A stretch of 62,315 nucleotides of DNA, filler included, from Stramenopiles sp. TOSAG23-2 (taxonomy: Eukaryota), in assembly GCA_900128395.1 (NCBI GenBank). It is 35 parts of 35 records of this genome, joined end to end, with 100 filler letters (N's around TTAATTAATTAA, not from the genome) between each part and the next. Parts side by side here need not be neighbours in the genome. Positions count along the whole stretch, not along the records: positions 32,244 to 33,927 come from LT652504.1; positions 34,028 to 35,710 come from LT652505.1; positions 35,811 to 37,492 come from LT652506.1; positions 37,593 to 39,273 come from LT652507.1; positions 39,374 to 41,053 come from LT652508.1; positions 41,154 to 42,832 come from LT652509.1; positions 42,933 to 44,608 come from LT652510.1; 28 more parts are not named here. One strand, written 5' to 3'. Below the pieces are notes generated by a model, which did no database searches, had not been told where the DNA came from, and saw nothing but the letters and a program-made list of their open reading frames with translations. This document shows positions 32,244 through 44,534 of this stretch, in pieces. Both the position numbers and the translations under genes were made by a program. How positions within the stretch are numbered: position 1 is the first letter of the stretch; each line of letters begins with the position of its first letter.

Positions 32244-32459
32244 GTACATGGTGTTGCTGGTAAAATAAAAGTAAATGATGATGGTACTGCTGTAGATACA
32301 AGAGGTAGAAAATATGGTAAAGCAAAAATGGAGGAAAAGAAAGAGGAGGATATCAATAATAGTAATAAGAAAAAGGAGAAAAATGTAGATGAAGAAGTTG
32401 ATTCATCAAAAGATTTATTTGGTGGTCCAGGACCTAGTTTAAACCATTTATTTGATTGA
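32244..32459 (+). CDS. 3' end of an unknown protein (not in the ORF track)
   Basis: Open frame VHGVAGKIKVNDDG...KDLFGGPGPSLNHLFD-stop from the contig edge. Confidence 0.6.
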   Translation, partial: VHGVAGKIKVNDDGTAVDTRGRKYGKAKMEEKKEEDINNSNKKKEKNVDEEVDSSKDLFGGPGPSLNHLFD

Positions 32460-32617
32460 AATAAAAAAAGAAACTAAAATATATATATAACATATATATA
32501 AAATATATCATACGAGAGTACATCAGTGCTATACACCACACAGAAAGACATCATGTACTCATATAATATTATATTTGTCCAAATTTCCTCCCAAATCCAG
32601 CTATAACAGTGGGATTC

Positions 32618-32790
32618 TAATTAGTACAGATTTAGTATACTATAAATATATATTTGGTACGATAATATAAAAAATCGGATATTCTAGATATTTTCATCCA
32701 ATTAACATTGGTCATTTTTGGATTTTATTCTAGATATTTTCATCCAAATTAAACATTGGTCATTTTTGGATTTTATGAATTTATTATCTT
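32618..32790. mobile_element. Family D element, partial inverted copy
   Basis: aattagtacagatttagtatactataaat..atcggatattctagatattttcatccaattaacattggtcatttttggatttt is the reverse complement of ~24850-24970. Confidence 0.75.
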
Positions 32791-32969
32791 CGTAAAAAAA
32801 AAAAAGGGGGGGCTTTGAACACATTATATATTATATAAAATTACAAGTGGTCTTTTATATAAAAAGGAGAGAGAGAGAGATATAGAAATATATATCTTTT
32901 GAATATAAAACTATTAAAAAGTATACACGGAATCACGTTTGATATGCAATAAGATTGATTACATTTAAA

Positions 32970-33760
32970 ATGAAACGATTCACATATATTATTAAATTAT
33001 ATTCCATATTGTTATTATCATTTTTATTATTTGTTGGTATTAATGTCGAAGCGCCAACACTCGGTGATGGTGATAGAAACGATCCGATTTTAAGACATAC
33101 CTATTTTGGATCTAGGCGTATCATCAATGACGTCGAAAAAATAAGTGACTTCATGAAATCTAATGTAATATATTTAGATGCTATAAAAAATGAAGTATTA
33201 AAAGATGCCGATGGAAATGATATTGGTATTAAACATGAGGCATTAGTAACATAAGACCCGGACAATCTGTAGAGTGACCTTTCCTGAGAGTAAATCGATA
33301 AATAACTAATTTCATATACTTTAAGTAGAATTTACCCGTATATCACTATCAAACATTCTTTCTAGATCTGACCAAAATTATTTTTTTTTGAAAAATTTGT
33401 TTCCTTATATTTTTCTGAGGCCAAGAAGATGGCATAAACGCACTCTGGACATTGAGCATTTTTGTAAAGGGCACGACGGTGATTTTATACATATAAAGAA
33501 TATTTTTTTTGATCAANNNNNNNNNNNNNNNNNNNNNNNNNNNNNNNNNNNNNNNNNNNNNNNNNNNNNNNNNNNNNNNNNNNNNNNNNNNNNNNNNNNN
33601 NNNNNNNNNNNNNNNNNNNNNNNNNNNNNNNNNNNNNNNNNNNNNNNCAACAGAAAGTGAAATGACACAATGGTGAAGTTGCAATGTTACGATTCATTGT
33701 CCATCTTTCAGTTTAGTGAGATAGATTTTGTCTCAGTTATTGTACCAGGTATTCTTTCTG
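32970..33760 (+). pseudogene. Degraded gene with signal peptide and AAA-ATPase-like (PF09820-type) N-terminal motifs
   Basis: DVEKISDFMKSNVIYLD..YIFLRPRRWHK resembles the DF..I....YYVD..RPRRFGK motif of that family. Several in-frame stops and a scaffold gap at 33516-33647. Confidence 0.35.
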
Positions 33761-34027
33761 GAAAGTAGGAATTATCGATGTTAATTATCGATGTTAATGT
33801 CCGGGGAGTAAAAGAACATTTTATATAATATATGAGTAAGAGAAAAATTTCACATTATATTAAATGCGCCTGTAATAATCGTTTTGCTTTAAAATGTGCA
33901 TTTGGTGAGTGGTATAATGATTTGTACNNNNNNNNNNNNNNNNNNNNNNNNNNNNNNNNNNNNNNNNNNNNTTAATTAATTAANNNNNNNNNNNNNNNNN
34001 NNNNNNNNNNNNNNNNNNNNNNNNNNN

Positions 34028-34704
34028 ATGCTTTGTTTCTTATTATTCTTTTTCTTTTTTTTTTCCTTCTTCTTCTTCTTTCGTCGCCAATTTTCACGTT
34101 TCAAATGAAATTTCTTCATGTCAGTAATATTATTATTTTTTATTAATAATAAACCATTAAATTCATTAGTATTATTGAGTATAAAAATATTTCGATGTGT
34201 TGGTTTATAGTCATTAAAATAACATTTCCATTGATCTTTATCGTCGTTATTTTTAATAAAAATACATATGTTTGTATTTAATAATACAGAGAATAATATT
34301 GATGGATATTGACAAATATTATTTCTATTGTTTAACAATATATCTTGTGTTTCTTTGTTTAAAAATTGAAATGCATGTAAATTTTTAATAATTATTTCTT
34401 TCTTTAAATATTTACAAGATTTTGATAGAAATTGTTTTACATTGTTTCCATTAAGACCAAACTGATTTTTCAAATCAATAGTTTGGCCATGAATTAAGGC
34501 TTGATATAAGCTACCTTTTGACTTTTTTATTATTTGAAAACTGGCCTTTTTTCCATCTGGCGTAGTGAATATATTATTATCAGTAGTTACATCATGGTTG
34601 CCATTACTATTATTATTATTATTATTTTGGTTTTTATTTTGGATAATCCAAGCAATTGCAATGGCAAGGATGATTGTAATGATAGTTGTAATTGATGATA
34701 TCAT
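34028..34704 (-). CDS. Hypothetical protein with N-terminal signal anchor, 3' truncated
   Basis: Hydrophobic start MISSITTIITIILAIAIAWII and a long open frame. Confidence 0.6.
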
Positions 34705-35151
34705 GGGGTCAAAGATGATAGATTCTGCAATGTCTATCTATCTGTCTATCTGTCTATCTATCTTAATCTTATATTACTATCTTTACATATTTCAATTATT
34801 AAAATTTAATTTAAATTGCAATGCAAGCTGGGCAAGCTGCCAATTAAAATTCAACAACAACAACACAAAAATAATTATTTTTGAATTAAGTGTTAAGTAA
34901 AATAATTAAGTGTTTTGATATATTATTAATAATATTGATATTCTAATTTTCCATTCAAGTATAAAATTATTGTCATTTGATTGGTATAATGATAATTCAG
35001 AGATCAGTCTTACCAACATAAAAAACAATCTATATTATAATAAATCATCAAGAATTTTGCATTTTATAATTTGAAAATGAAGAACATAACCTATATATCA
35101 AAGAATAGAAATACTATATATCATATTACATATGATGTGTATATAAAAAAC

Positions 35152-35710
35152 ATGGCATCGAAAGCATTACCAAATTTTTCATTATATGAAAAGAAAAAAG
35201 AAACATGGAAAAAGAATCATAATAATAATAATAATAATACATTAACAAGAAATAAAACGGCTGCAAATGAGTATGATCCAGAAACAACCATGGAAATACC
35301 ACCGTTACCAAAACAAGAATACCTTGTAAATATTCGACGTGTTACCTATATGGAACAAGTTGGGAATGCAAAGCGTTGCTTTCGTATACCTGATGTATAT
35401 CCACCGTCTTATTACACACGTCTACGAGATGATTTTACATATTTTAAAATATATCATAGGAATGATCAACATTTTGATATAACTAAACCAACTTTAGTAT
35501 TAGTTCATGGTGTATCAATGCCAAGTCCCACGTTTGATCCAATCATTCAAGCTATTCGCAAAGCAAATCCACGAACTCAAATCTTGACGTATGATTTATA
35601 TGGCCGTGGGTATTCTGGAAGGCCAGAATTTGTTGATTATGGTAATGAAACGTATGTGCAACAACTGAAGGAATTATTGGATGATATTGGTTTGAAGCAA
35701 ATAGATTTAT
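35152..35710 (+). CDS. Alpha/beta-hydrolase fold protein, 5' part
   Basis: LVLVHGVSMPS and LTYDLYGRGYSGRP..DY....YVQQLKELLD. Confidence 0.88.
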
Positions 35711-36010
35711 NNNNNNNNNNNNNNNNNNNNNNNNNNNNNNNNNNNNNNNNNNNNTTAATTAATTAANNNNNNNNNNNNNNNNNNNNNNNNNNNNNNNNNN
35801 NNNNNNNNNNTGATATCTGTCAAGTGTATATCTAAACAATGTACATGTGCGTGTGTATTTTTTAATGTATCATACACATATAATATGCATATGATATCAT
35901 ACTAATATATATATCAAAATGTAAAAAAATTATATTTTTTTTAAAAAAATATTTTTTTATATTACTCTTCGTGCATCATATGTGTCATACAAAGAAAGCG
36001 TTGCGAGCTC

Positions 36011-37159
36011 TTATAAACGCCGCTTTTTATTACCAAAATTATTATGATGCCATTGAGAACGTTTCAAATTCGGCAATTGCAATATACCATTAGGTACTCT
36101 ACCATATAATAAATTTTGTTGAACATATAAATGTTCTAATTGTTTCAAATTTTCAAGTTCAACAGGTACTTCGCCAGATATTCGATTGTTATATATACTC
36201 AACCATTTCAATAAAGTACAATTACCAAGTGCTTTAGGTATTTGCCCTTTAATTTTATTGTCGTGTAAAGATAAATATTCTAATCTTGTTAAATTACCAA
36301 TTTCATTTGGTATTGGACCAAAGATTACATTACCAGACAAAGATAAAGTTTTTAAATGACTTAATTGTCCAATTGCTTTTGGTATCGTTCCACTTAATCT
36401 ATTGCTAGACAAATCAACTGCATATATATGACCGTCTTTTGTACATTTTACACCATACCATTTACGTTCACATGGATTTGATCCACTTTCTAACCATCCT
36501 TGTGTTGAAATCCATGCTCTTCCACTTTTAGGTTGTACTAGCCCTAAACTATTTCCAACATCACGTAATGCTTTATATTCATAGTCATTTAATTCTTTTA
36601 TTTTCTTATTCAACACATGCCCACTTATACTATCTTGTGATGTGTGAGACAAAACGTATTCCCAATCTATATCTGTAATGGATGTGTCATAAATTTCTAA
36701 ATCATATTTATCCATTGCACCATAGCGATACACGTTGATATTACCAGATCCTTTTCTCCAGTACACGCGTACACTGCCGTCAATTTCTAATAATTTTTTT
36801 GGTTCATATTTTTTATTTTTCATAGTATTTTCTTTTACATTTTTAATAACAGTCTCGTCTGCTTTCTCATCTGCTTTATTTCCCTCAAGATTACTATCTT
36901 GTGGTTTTTTCCATTTTCTAACTTCAATGACAGTCCCAAGAGCTGGTCTACCATCATCACCTTGACCATCTTGATTACCATATTGCCAATCACGCCCACG
37001 TATTACCGTCATACCAACACGAATTTCAACTTGTTCAATTGGTGGTTGTGGTATACCTTCATTATATGCATATGTTATTTCCACCATTTCAAAAAATGCA
37101 TGACAAAACCAATAAACCAATAATAAATTCCATCTTCTTTCATTGCTATTCTGTATCAT
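36011..37159 (-). CDS. Signal-peptide-like N-terminus + MIB/HERC2 domain + plant-type LRR protein (complete ORF)
   Basis: GMTVIRGRDWQYGNQDG..GTV..VRVYW..NVYRYGAMDKYDL (MIB_HERC2); PC..WYGVKC cap; 24-aa LxxLxLxxNxLxGxIP repeats. Confidence 0.88.
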   Translation of the reverse strand: MIQNSNERRWNLLLVYWFCHAFFEMVEITYAYNEGIPQPPIEQVEIRVGMTVIRGRDWQYGNQDGQGDDGRPALGTVIEVRKWKKPQDSNLEGNKADEKADETVIKNVKENTMKNKKYEPKKLLEIDGSVRVYWRKGSGNINVYRYGAMDKYDLEIYDTSITDIDWEYVLSHTSQDSISGHVLNKKIKELNDYEYKALRDVGNSLGLVQPKSGRAWISTQGWLESGSNPCERKWYGVKCTKDGHIYAVDLSSNRLSGTIPKAIGQLSHLKTLSLSGNVIFGPIPNEIGNLTRLEYLSLHDNKIKGQIPKALGNCTLLKWLSIYNNRISGEVPVELENLKQLEHLYVQQNLLYGRVPNGILQLPNLKRSQWHHNNFGNKKRRL

Positions 37160-37800
37160 GTTTCTTGCGTAGATTCTTTATGTATGTATATATTATTTTA
37201 CTTCAATAATTACAAACTAATGATATGAATGAATGATTTGTTCTCTTTGATATAATTTGTCTAACTTGTTACGTGGATCGCTATGTTTAAATGTTAATTA
37301 AAATATATATATGTGTGCATACATGTTGTATTTTTAAAAATAATAGTAAATGGTAAGGAATTATATAGGTTATATATGTAATTCTTACTTGGTAGTATAT
37401 ATAAAATAATGGACCGTATCAATAATAAATTTATTATTATTTTCTATTTTTTATCATCATCATTTTTTAAAAAAAAAAACATAATATTTTAGNNNNNNNN
37501 NNNNNNNNNNNNNNNNNNNNNNNNNNNNNNNNNNNNTTAATTAATTAANNNNNNNNNNNNNNNNNNNNNNNNNNNNNNNNNNNNNNNNNNNNGAAAAATT
37601 ATTATACGCAATTGAACATGCACATGGTTTTCACATGACGTAAAAAAAATAAAAATAAAATACGCACGCACATGAAAAAGACAAAAATGTGCGCGTGGTA
37701 CGGCTTCGTATTTTTTATTCTTTTTGTATTGGAACATAATTGTAGAATATAAAAGAAAAAAAAAATATTAATTTTTGAATATCAGTATTAAATTTAATGT

Positions 37801-39273
37801 TTAATCCATGCCTTTTGACCCTCCATCTACATTATCATTACTAGTAGAATTAGTCCAAAATTTTCTAGCTTTGATCTCATTTGCTTCTTTTGTCGATGAC
37901 ATTGAAGGTACCACTGCTGTACTTTTCTTATTTTTGACATTATTTTGCAATTTATTTTTAAATTGCTGTGTTCGTCTTCTGATTCTGTGTATCATCATCG
38001 CTTCATCTAAACTTTTTCGAACCTTTAATTGTACTCTGTCATGGAGCAAATTTATTTTTGAATTAGAACCATTCCTGCAGCATTGGCAAGTTAGATACGA
38101 AATACATGATTGATACTTAAGAATAGCATGAATGAATTTTGGATTATCACTCAAGTTTGCAGCATAATCATAGGTCAGCTCGCTAATGGCAAACAAGTAG
38201 TATGATGCATTTAATATAATGACGGCAAATTCTACTATTATGAGTATATAAGAGGAGAAATACCATCGCTGATAGAAAATTAGTCCAGCATACAATGTAC
38301 ATAGAGTTGTGACCAATCCATAACTCTCCAATGTATTTAAAAACACAGTACTAAATGGTTTTTCTGACATATGAAACGCCAAAAACGTACCAACAACAAA
38401 TATGCCAGCATAAACTTGAGGAATGGCGCCATAATTTGAAAAGAAAACGGAGACAAAGATAACAAATGCTTTTCGTACTGCCACAACGCCTTCCCACCAA
38501 ATATAATTTAGTTTGTAACCATCGGTGAATAGTCCATATCTGTAACGAACCTTATCTGACATTCCACCCATTCCTTTTGCAACTTTGGCATCTCTTAACA
38601 AAACAAACATTGCAGTAGCTGGAATACCAATAATATAGAGAATAACCATTGGAAATATTACAAACGATATTACAAATAAATGTGCCGTATCATAACATGG
38701 AACTTCATAATCAATTTCAAGGTAATGGTCATGCATGCCATGTTCTAGATCAGATCGACACCCCAACAAACTTAACGCCGTTTTACACAGCAATGGATAC
38801 TGTAGATACAAGACTATAGACATTGCTAAAATTGCCCTGTCCCAAAGTTCATGATCATATTGTAGAAAATCTTCCTTTTTTATATCAAAATCTCCTTCTT
38901 TATCCAATAAATGCTGAATATCTAATAATTCTGGTTCTGTCAATCCAAAATCCCAATCTTTTAACATTCTTACACAATGTCGAACATCTATAACTTCCGC
39001 TTTTTTGTCATAAAAATGATCAACACTCTTTTCAATATTCATCATCATCCGGCCAATCACCCCTACCTTGCGTTACTACACCAACTACACTATATACACC
39101 ACCTAAATCCATTTCCATCCAATTATCGGCCTTGTTATCTGCTGCACTCCAAGCTCTGGGAGAATCTATATGACTTTGCGCATATTTTTCTCCATACTTT
39201 TGGTTTTTGTATTTGCGATCGGTTTCAGGGACATTTTTTGTTATAAATTTATCTTCTATTGTTACCTCTGTTT
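37801..39273 (-). CDS. Protist multi-pass membrane protein C-terminal domain with an EF-hand-like loop, 5' truncated
   Basis: YPLLCK..LLGC..YLEIDYEVPCY..YGLFTDGYK...WWEGVVAVRK plus about 7 TM segments; LDKEGDFDIKKEDF is EF-hand-like. Confidence 0.75.
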
Positions 39274-39373
39274 NNNNNNNNNNNNNNNNNNNNNNNNNNN
39301 NNNNNNNNNNNNNNNNNTTAATTAATTAANNNNNNNNNNNNNNNNNNNNNNNNNNNNNNNNNNNNNNNNNNNN

Positions 39374-39628
39374 TACGGTAGTTACAACCCAGATGAAGCA
39401 AAGCAAAGGCGTTTGCAACAGGAGGTTGCACAAATGCAACAACAAGCTGCAGCAGCTGGAATGATACAAGCACTTGCATCAAATTGTTGGGATAAATGTA
39501 TTAAAAGAGCAGATTCTACTATGAGTTCTAGTGAAGCGGACTGTGTTGCAAATTGTGCTGGGCGGTATATTGATACCCAAAAATTTATTGTAAAAAGGCT
39601 ATCAAAGCAAGGTCAACAGCATATGTAA
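39374..39628 (+). CDS. TIM8: Mitochondrial small Tim chaperone (Tim8/Tim13 family, Tim8-like)
   Basis: Twin CX3C motif CWDKC...CVANC followed by RYIDTQKFIVKRL. Confidence 0.85.
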   Translation, partial: YGSYNPDEAKQRRLQQEVAQMQQQAAAAGMIQALASNCWDKCIKRADSTMSSSEADCVANCAGRYIDTQKFIVKRLSKQGQQHM

Positions 39629-39904
39629 AAATAACGTTTTTGTAATATTATTATTTAAAATAGAAAAGTGTTGATATGGTGCTATGTAAAAAAAAAAAAA
39701 AGAAGACACGTAGACTATACGTACAATATTTTTTTACACAAAAGAAAAGTGTGCACATGTTTTTTGTTTTTTGGATATTGTTTTTTATTAAAAATTATAT
39801 GTAATATTATACGTATATAATATGTTTTGTACGAATATATATATATATAATTTTACAGTTATCGCTCCTCTTTCATCTATATTATATCATATGGCATGCA
39901 TCCA

Positions 39905-41053
39905 TCAATAATGCTTCTTGACTTGATATTTATCCCAACCAATAATTGGATGTGTCTCTTGGCTACTTTTATCATCTTCTTTCCATATTTTAATTGTTTT
40001 ATCACCCTCGCATGTAATTAAACGACTACCACTTCTATCAAATGTTGATGCATATATAGCTGCTTCATTATCCAATGAACCAGGTTGATTTTTTGTTATG
40101 GTAGATTGAAAATTATAACCACTATCCCAATCCCAAAACTTTAACGAACCATCATCACCACCAGTAACTACGACATTATCTTCGTTGATCGATAATGAAT
40201 TAATTATTGTATCATGACCATCAAAATTATCTAAGAAATGCCCACCTGGAAATTGCCATTTTTTAATACTATCTGCAGAGGCAGATGCAAATGTAAATTC
40301 AGTAGGATGCAATGCCATTGCCCGTACACCTTTTTTATGATTGGTCAATGTTGTCATTGTTTTCCCAGCTGCTAGATCCCAAAGTCGTATGGTACTATCC
40401 ATGGATCCAGTAATAATTTGTGGATCATTCCCTTGGCATAAAATACTATTTACAGCACCATCGTGCCCACCCAATAAATGCACTTGTCGTTTTGTGCGTA
40501 TATCCCATACACGGGCGGATGAATCACGTGAGCCGGAGATTAATAAATCTAACGTTGGATGCATTGCTACGCTATATACACCACTTAAATGTCCATGATA
40601 ATGTCTCAATATTTGGTTTGTTTCTAAATCCCAACATTTCACAGTACGATCATCAGAGACGGAAAACATATAAGGATGTCGTGGGGAGACAACTAAACCA
40701 CGTACTGTATTGATATGATTAGTCAACGTTAATTTCAATTTACCAGATGCTAAATCCCAAATTTTAATTGTACGATCAGCTGATCCTGTTGCAAACCATT
40801 CATTAGTAGGATCAACGGCTACGCAACGAACCCAACCTAAATGCCCACTAATAACACGCATTAATTTCCATTGTGGATGCCATGTTGGTTCTTGTTTTAA
40901 CATATTACTTTGACGTCTTAATGCTACTGCTAATGTCTTTGTTTCCTCTGTTTTAGTACGTTTATTAAATGTCGACTTCGCTGCTTTTGCAGCAGCATTA
41001 TGATCGATAGTGATAATTGCAGTTGATGAAGGTAATTTACGTTTATTATTATA
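39905..41053 (-). CDS. PLRG1: Pleiotropic regulator 1 / Prp46 WD40 splicing factor, 5' truncated
   Basis: [36 protein letters not shown] and [31 protein letters not shown]. Confidence 0.96.
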   Translation of the reverse strand, partial: YNNKRKLPSSTAIITIDHNAAAKAAKSTFNKRTKTEETKTLAVALRRQSNMLKQEPTWHPQWKLMRVISGHLGWVRCVAVDPTNEWFATGSADRTIKIWDLASGKLKLTLTNHINTVRGLVVSPRHPYMFSVSDDRTVKCWDLETNQILRHYHGHLSGVYSVAMHPTLDLLISGSRDSSARVWDIRTKRQVHLLGGHDGAVNSILCQGNDPQIITGSMDSTIRLWDLAAGKTMTTLTNHKKGVRAMALHPTEFTFASASADSIKKWQFPGGHFLDNFDGHDTIINSLSINEDNVVVTGGDDGSLKFWDWDSGYNFQSTITKNQPGSLDNEAAIYASTFDRSGSRLITCEGDKTIKIWKEDDKSSQETHPIIGWDKYQVKKHY

Positions 41054-41153
41054 NNNNNNNNNNNNNNNNNNNNNNNNNNNNNNNNNNNNNNNNNNNNTTA
41101 ATTAATTAANNNNNNNNNNNNNNNNNNNNNNNNNNNNNNNNNNNNNNNNNNNN

Positions 41154-42832
41154 CTACGCTTGCAATTGTCGTTGTCATACGTATATTGTCGACACGCGCC
41201 ATTGTAAATATACTCTGAAAATTTACATTGTATACAACTACTATCCCCATATTTACTACCTTCCAACAATATTTTTCTATCAGTCGTTTTACAATTATTT
41301 TCATTGTATGTATATAAGTTACATGTTCTATCAGACACAAACAAACCATTAACTTTACGAGGAGGCTTGCTCTCATACTCTTTGCCATTTATGCACTTGC
41401 GTATATTCTTACATATTGTATCATCGGTTTTAGAATACGTATTTCCACGACAAGCAGAACATTTAGAATCAGAATCATCATCCCCAACAACCATTTGATA
41501 GCCTGCAGCACATTTTAAATCTTTAAAAGTTTTATGGCTTTCACATGGACTTGACGAATCATCTAAATCATTAAATTTTCCAATTGTATTAGTCGTAGCA
41601 TAATACTTTGACCGACTACCTGCGCTTGTTATTGCTGTTTTTGAATTACATTTCAAACATTCCCAATCATTTTTGTTTTTACTATTTCCTTTGTATAATC
41701 CATAACCTTTGGTACATTTTTGAGTTTTGTCTACACACTTACGATTTGTTGATATGTACTGAGAAGATTCGCACACTATACTTTCCCACGCCTTCCTTAT
41801 CTGTTCGATTTGCTTTGTAGTATAACCTTCGTTGATAAGTTGATGATTAACTTGTTCGACCCCCAAATGTGGGTTTTGCTCCAGCCACCGTTTAATTTCT
41901 TGTATTATGGATTTTACAACAAACGGTTCCTTGCAGCCACTATCCGACTTAAGTGTGCCTGACACCAATATTTTTCCATCGCTACGCTTGCAATTGTCGT
42001 TGTCATACGTACATTGTCGACACGCGCCATTGTAAATATACTCTGAAAATTTACATTGTATACAACTACTATCCCCATATTTACTACCTTCCAACAATAT
42101 TTTTCTATCAGTCGTTTTACAATTATTTTCATTGTATGTATATAAGTTACATGTTCTATCAGACACAAACAAACCATTAACTTTACGAGGAGGCTTGCTC
42201 TCATACTCTTTGCCATTTATGCACTTGCGTATATTCTTACATATTGTATCATCGGTTTTAGAATACGTATTTCCACGACAAGCAGAACATTTAGAATCAG
42301 AATCATCATCCCCAACAACCATTTGATAGCCTGCAGCACATTTTAAATCTTTAAAAGTTTTATGGCTTTCACATGGACTTGACGAATCATCTAAATCATT
42401 AAATTTTCCAATTGTATTAGTCGTAGCATAATACTTTGACCGACTACCTGCGCTTGTTATTGCTGTTTTTGAATTACATTTCAAACATTCCCAATCATTT
42501 TTGTTTTTACTATTTCCTTTGTATAATCCATAACCTTTGGTACATTTTTGAGTTTTGTCTACACACTTACGATTTGTTGATATGTACTGAGAAGATTCGC
42601 AGACTATACTTTCCCACGCCTTCCTTATCTGTTCGATTTGCTTTGTAGTATAACCTTCGTTGATAAGTTGATGATTAACTTGTTCGACCCCCAAATGTGG
42701 GTTTTGCTCCAGCCACCGTTTAATTTCTTGTATTATGGATTTTACAACAAACGGTTCCTTGCAGCCACTATCCGACTTAAGTGTGCCTGACACCAATATT
42801 TTTCCATCGCTACGCTTGCAATTGTCGTTGTC
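41154..42832 (-). CDS. Cys-rich (TNFR/GCC2-like) repeat protein fragment made of two near-identical 828-bp (276-aa) units
   Basis: Continuous open frame with CxxC and SDRTC motifs; period 828 nt with only a few substitutions. Confidence 0.8.
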
Positions 42833-42932
42833 NNNNNNNNNNNNNNNNNNNNNNNNNNNNNNNNNNNNNNNNNNNNTTAATTAATTAANNNNNNNNNNNN
42901 NNNNNNNNNNNNNNNNNNNNNNNNNNNNNNNN

Positions 42933-44203
42933 AAATAAGATCGAAGCTGTCAGAGGTTTAATATTTAATTGTTTAAAACTTCGCTTTTGGAATGAAGTGT
43001 TGGTAGCAACCACAACGGCTACACGTCCACCAGAGGATGAATGGGATAAGCCTTCAGAAATTCCACAGCTTGCATTAAATAGGGTTGGGGCAACGTCACA
43101 AATTCTTCAGAGTTTAAGTGATACGGAAACTAGATTTAAGAAAAGTTTATTAAAACGCTTTTGTAATACATGGGAAAGTCGGCATTGGCGTCGTTCCTAT
43201 CAACACGTCACAGATAAAGGTCAGAGTCGTGCTTTCTTTGCAAAATTTTTAGGAGAAAATGTTGATGATAATGGAGGCCCGTATCGAGCCGTATTTGTTG
43301 CCGCTGTTTGTGATGAGCCGTCTCAAGCTCTTGATCTGCTTGATAGCAATGGCTGCTTTAAATACTCCTCTTTGGAGGGTAACGTTGAATTTTTTGGCAA
43401 GTTAATTGGCCTTGCGATACGACATAAGATGCTACTATCCTTGCCATTTGCATCTTACATATGGCATTTTTTAGTTGGTACTGATATTGATGACGAACAA
43501 AGAAACTGTAATGGTGATGATGGGCAAAAATGTGTCTCTGGGTATGAAATTTGCCGTTCTATTCAGTATATGGATGAAGAAGAGACATTAGAGTTGATTA
43601 CTGAAATTGTAGGAAGTAAAGAAACAAAAGATGTTTCGGAAGAAATAAAGCTGAGTGTCACAAACGAAGAAAATGACTCGAAGAAACAGAAATATCTGAA
43701 GTTTTTACAAGAACATATGCTGAAGAAAAAATCTGCATTTCTTGATAAATTTATCAATGGTTCAATTGTTCCCGATGTTTACAGCAGGGGAGTTGAAAAG
43801 TTTAATGTGCGGGGACGATACAATAAATTTGACCCTTCTACAAAAAGTTGCAGTATACGATGATGGGGTTGATGCTAACGAAGCATACATATTAAATTTT
43901 TGGAAAGTTTTATTCAATATGTCAGATGGAGAAAAAAGTAAATTTATTAATTTTGTATATGCCAAAAAGCGGTTGCCTGCATCTATCTCTGGGTTCATTA
44001 TGCCATTTAAAGTTTTGAAACCTCTGCCATACATGAAGGAGGCACCAGATAATTTTTTACCACATGCTAAGACATGCTTTTTTGAATTAGCCATACCAAA
44101 ATATACATCTATAGACATATGCAGGGAAAAGATTTTGTATGCTATAAATAATTGCATAACGATGGAAGATTACAGCTCTGGGTCTACCGACTTTGTGTTG
44201 TAA
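42933..44203 (+). CDS. HECT-domain E3 ubiquitin ligase, 3' part, frameshift near 43760
   Basis: KFLGENVDDNGGPYR, FFGKLIGLAIR, ELKSLMCG, FWKVL..MSDGEKSKFINFV and LPHAKTCFFELAIPKY (catalytic Cys). Confidence 0.93.
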
Positions 44204-44534
44204 AATATTTTTAGATTATATCATGTGAGTAGGAATAAAAATTTAAAATGTACGCGTTTACGAATATATACATAGTACTACATTTATTTCAGAAAATAAA
44301 ATCTTTAAAATTGTAACAATAAGAGAATTAATATAGAGAGGATCCTCTCTAGAATTACTTCGTACGAAGTGCACAAGTATACTTAGATTTTAACCATCAT
44401 ATCTTATTATGAAATATTAGTTTTTACTAAACAATTTTGTAACATCGGCCTCTATTACTCATCCTTAATAAACAGTGGTGGACTACAGAAAGAGTCTGAC
44501 GCGCCGACTAGTGGTGGACTAAAGAATTTTAATT

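Noticed and set aside
33256-33806. Transposon bounded by CCGGACA/TGTCCGG
   Set aside because: Only ~8 bp match, no target-site duplication, and the interior appears to continue the upstream reading frame.
44474-44521. Mini-CRISPR (agtggtggacta twice with a spacer)
   Set aside because: Only two 12-bp copies, which is too short and too few.
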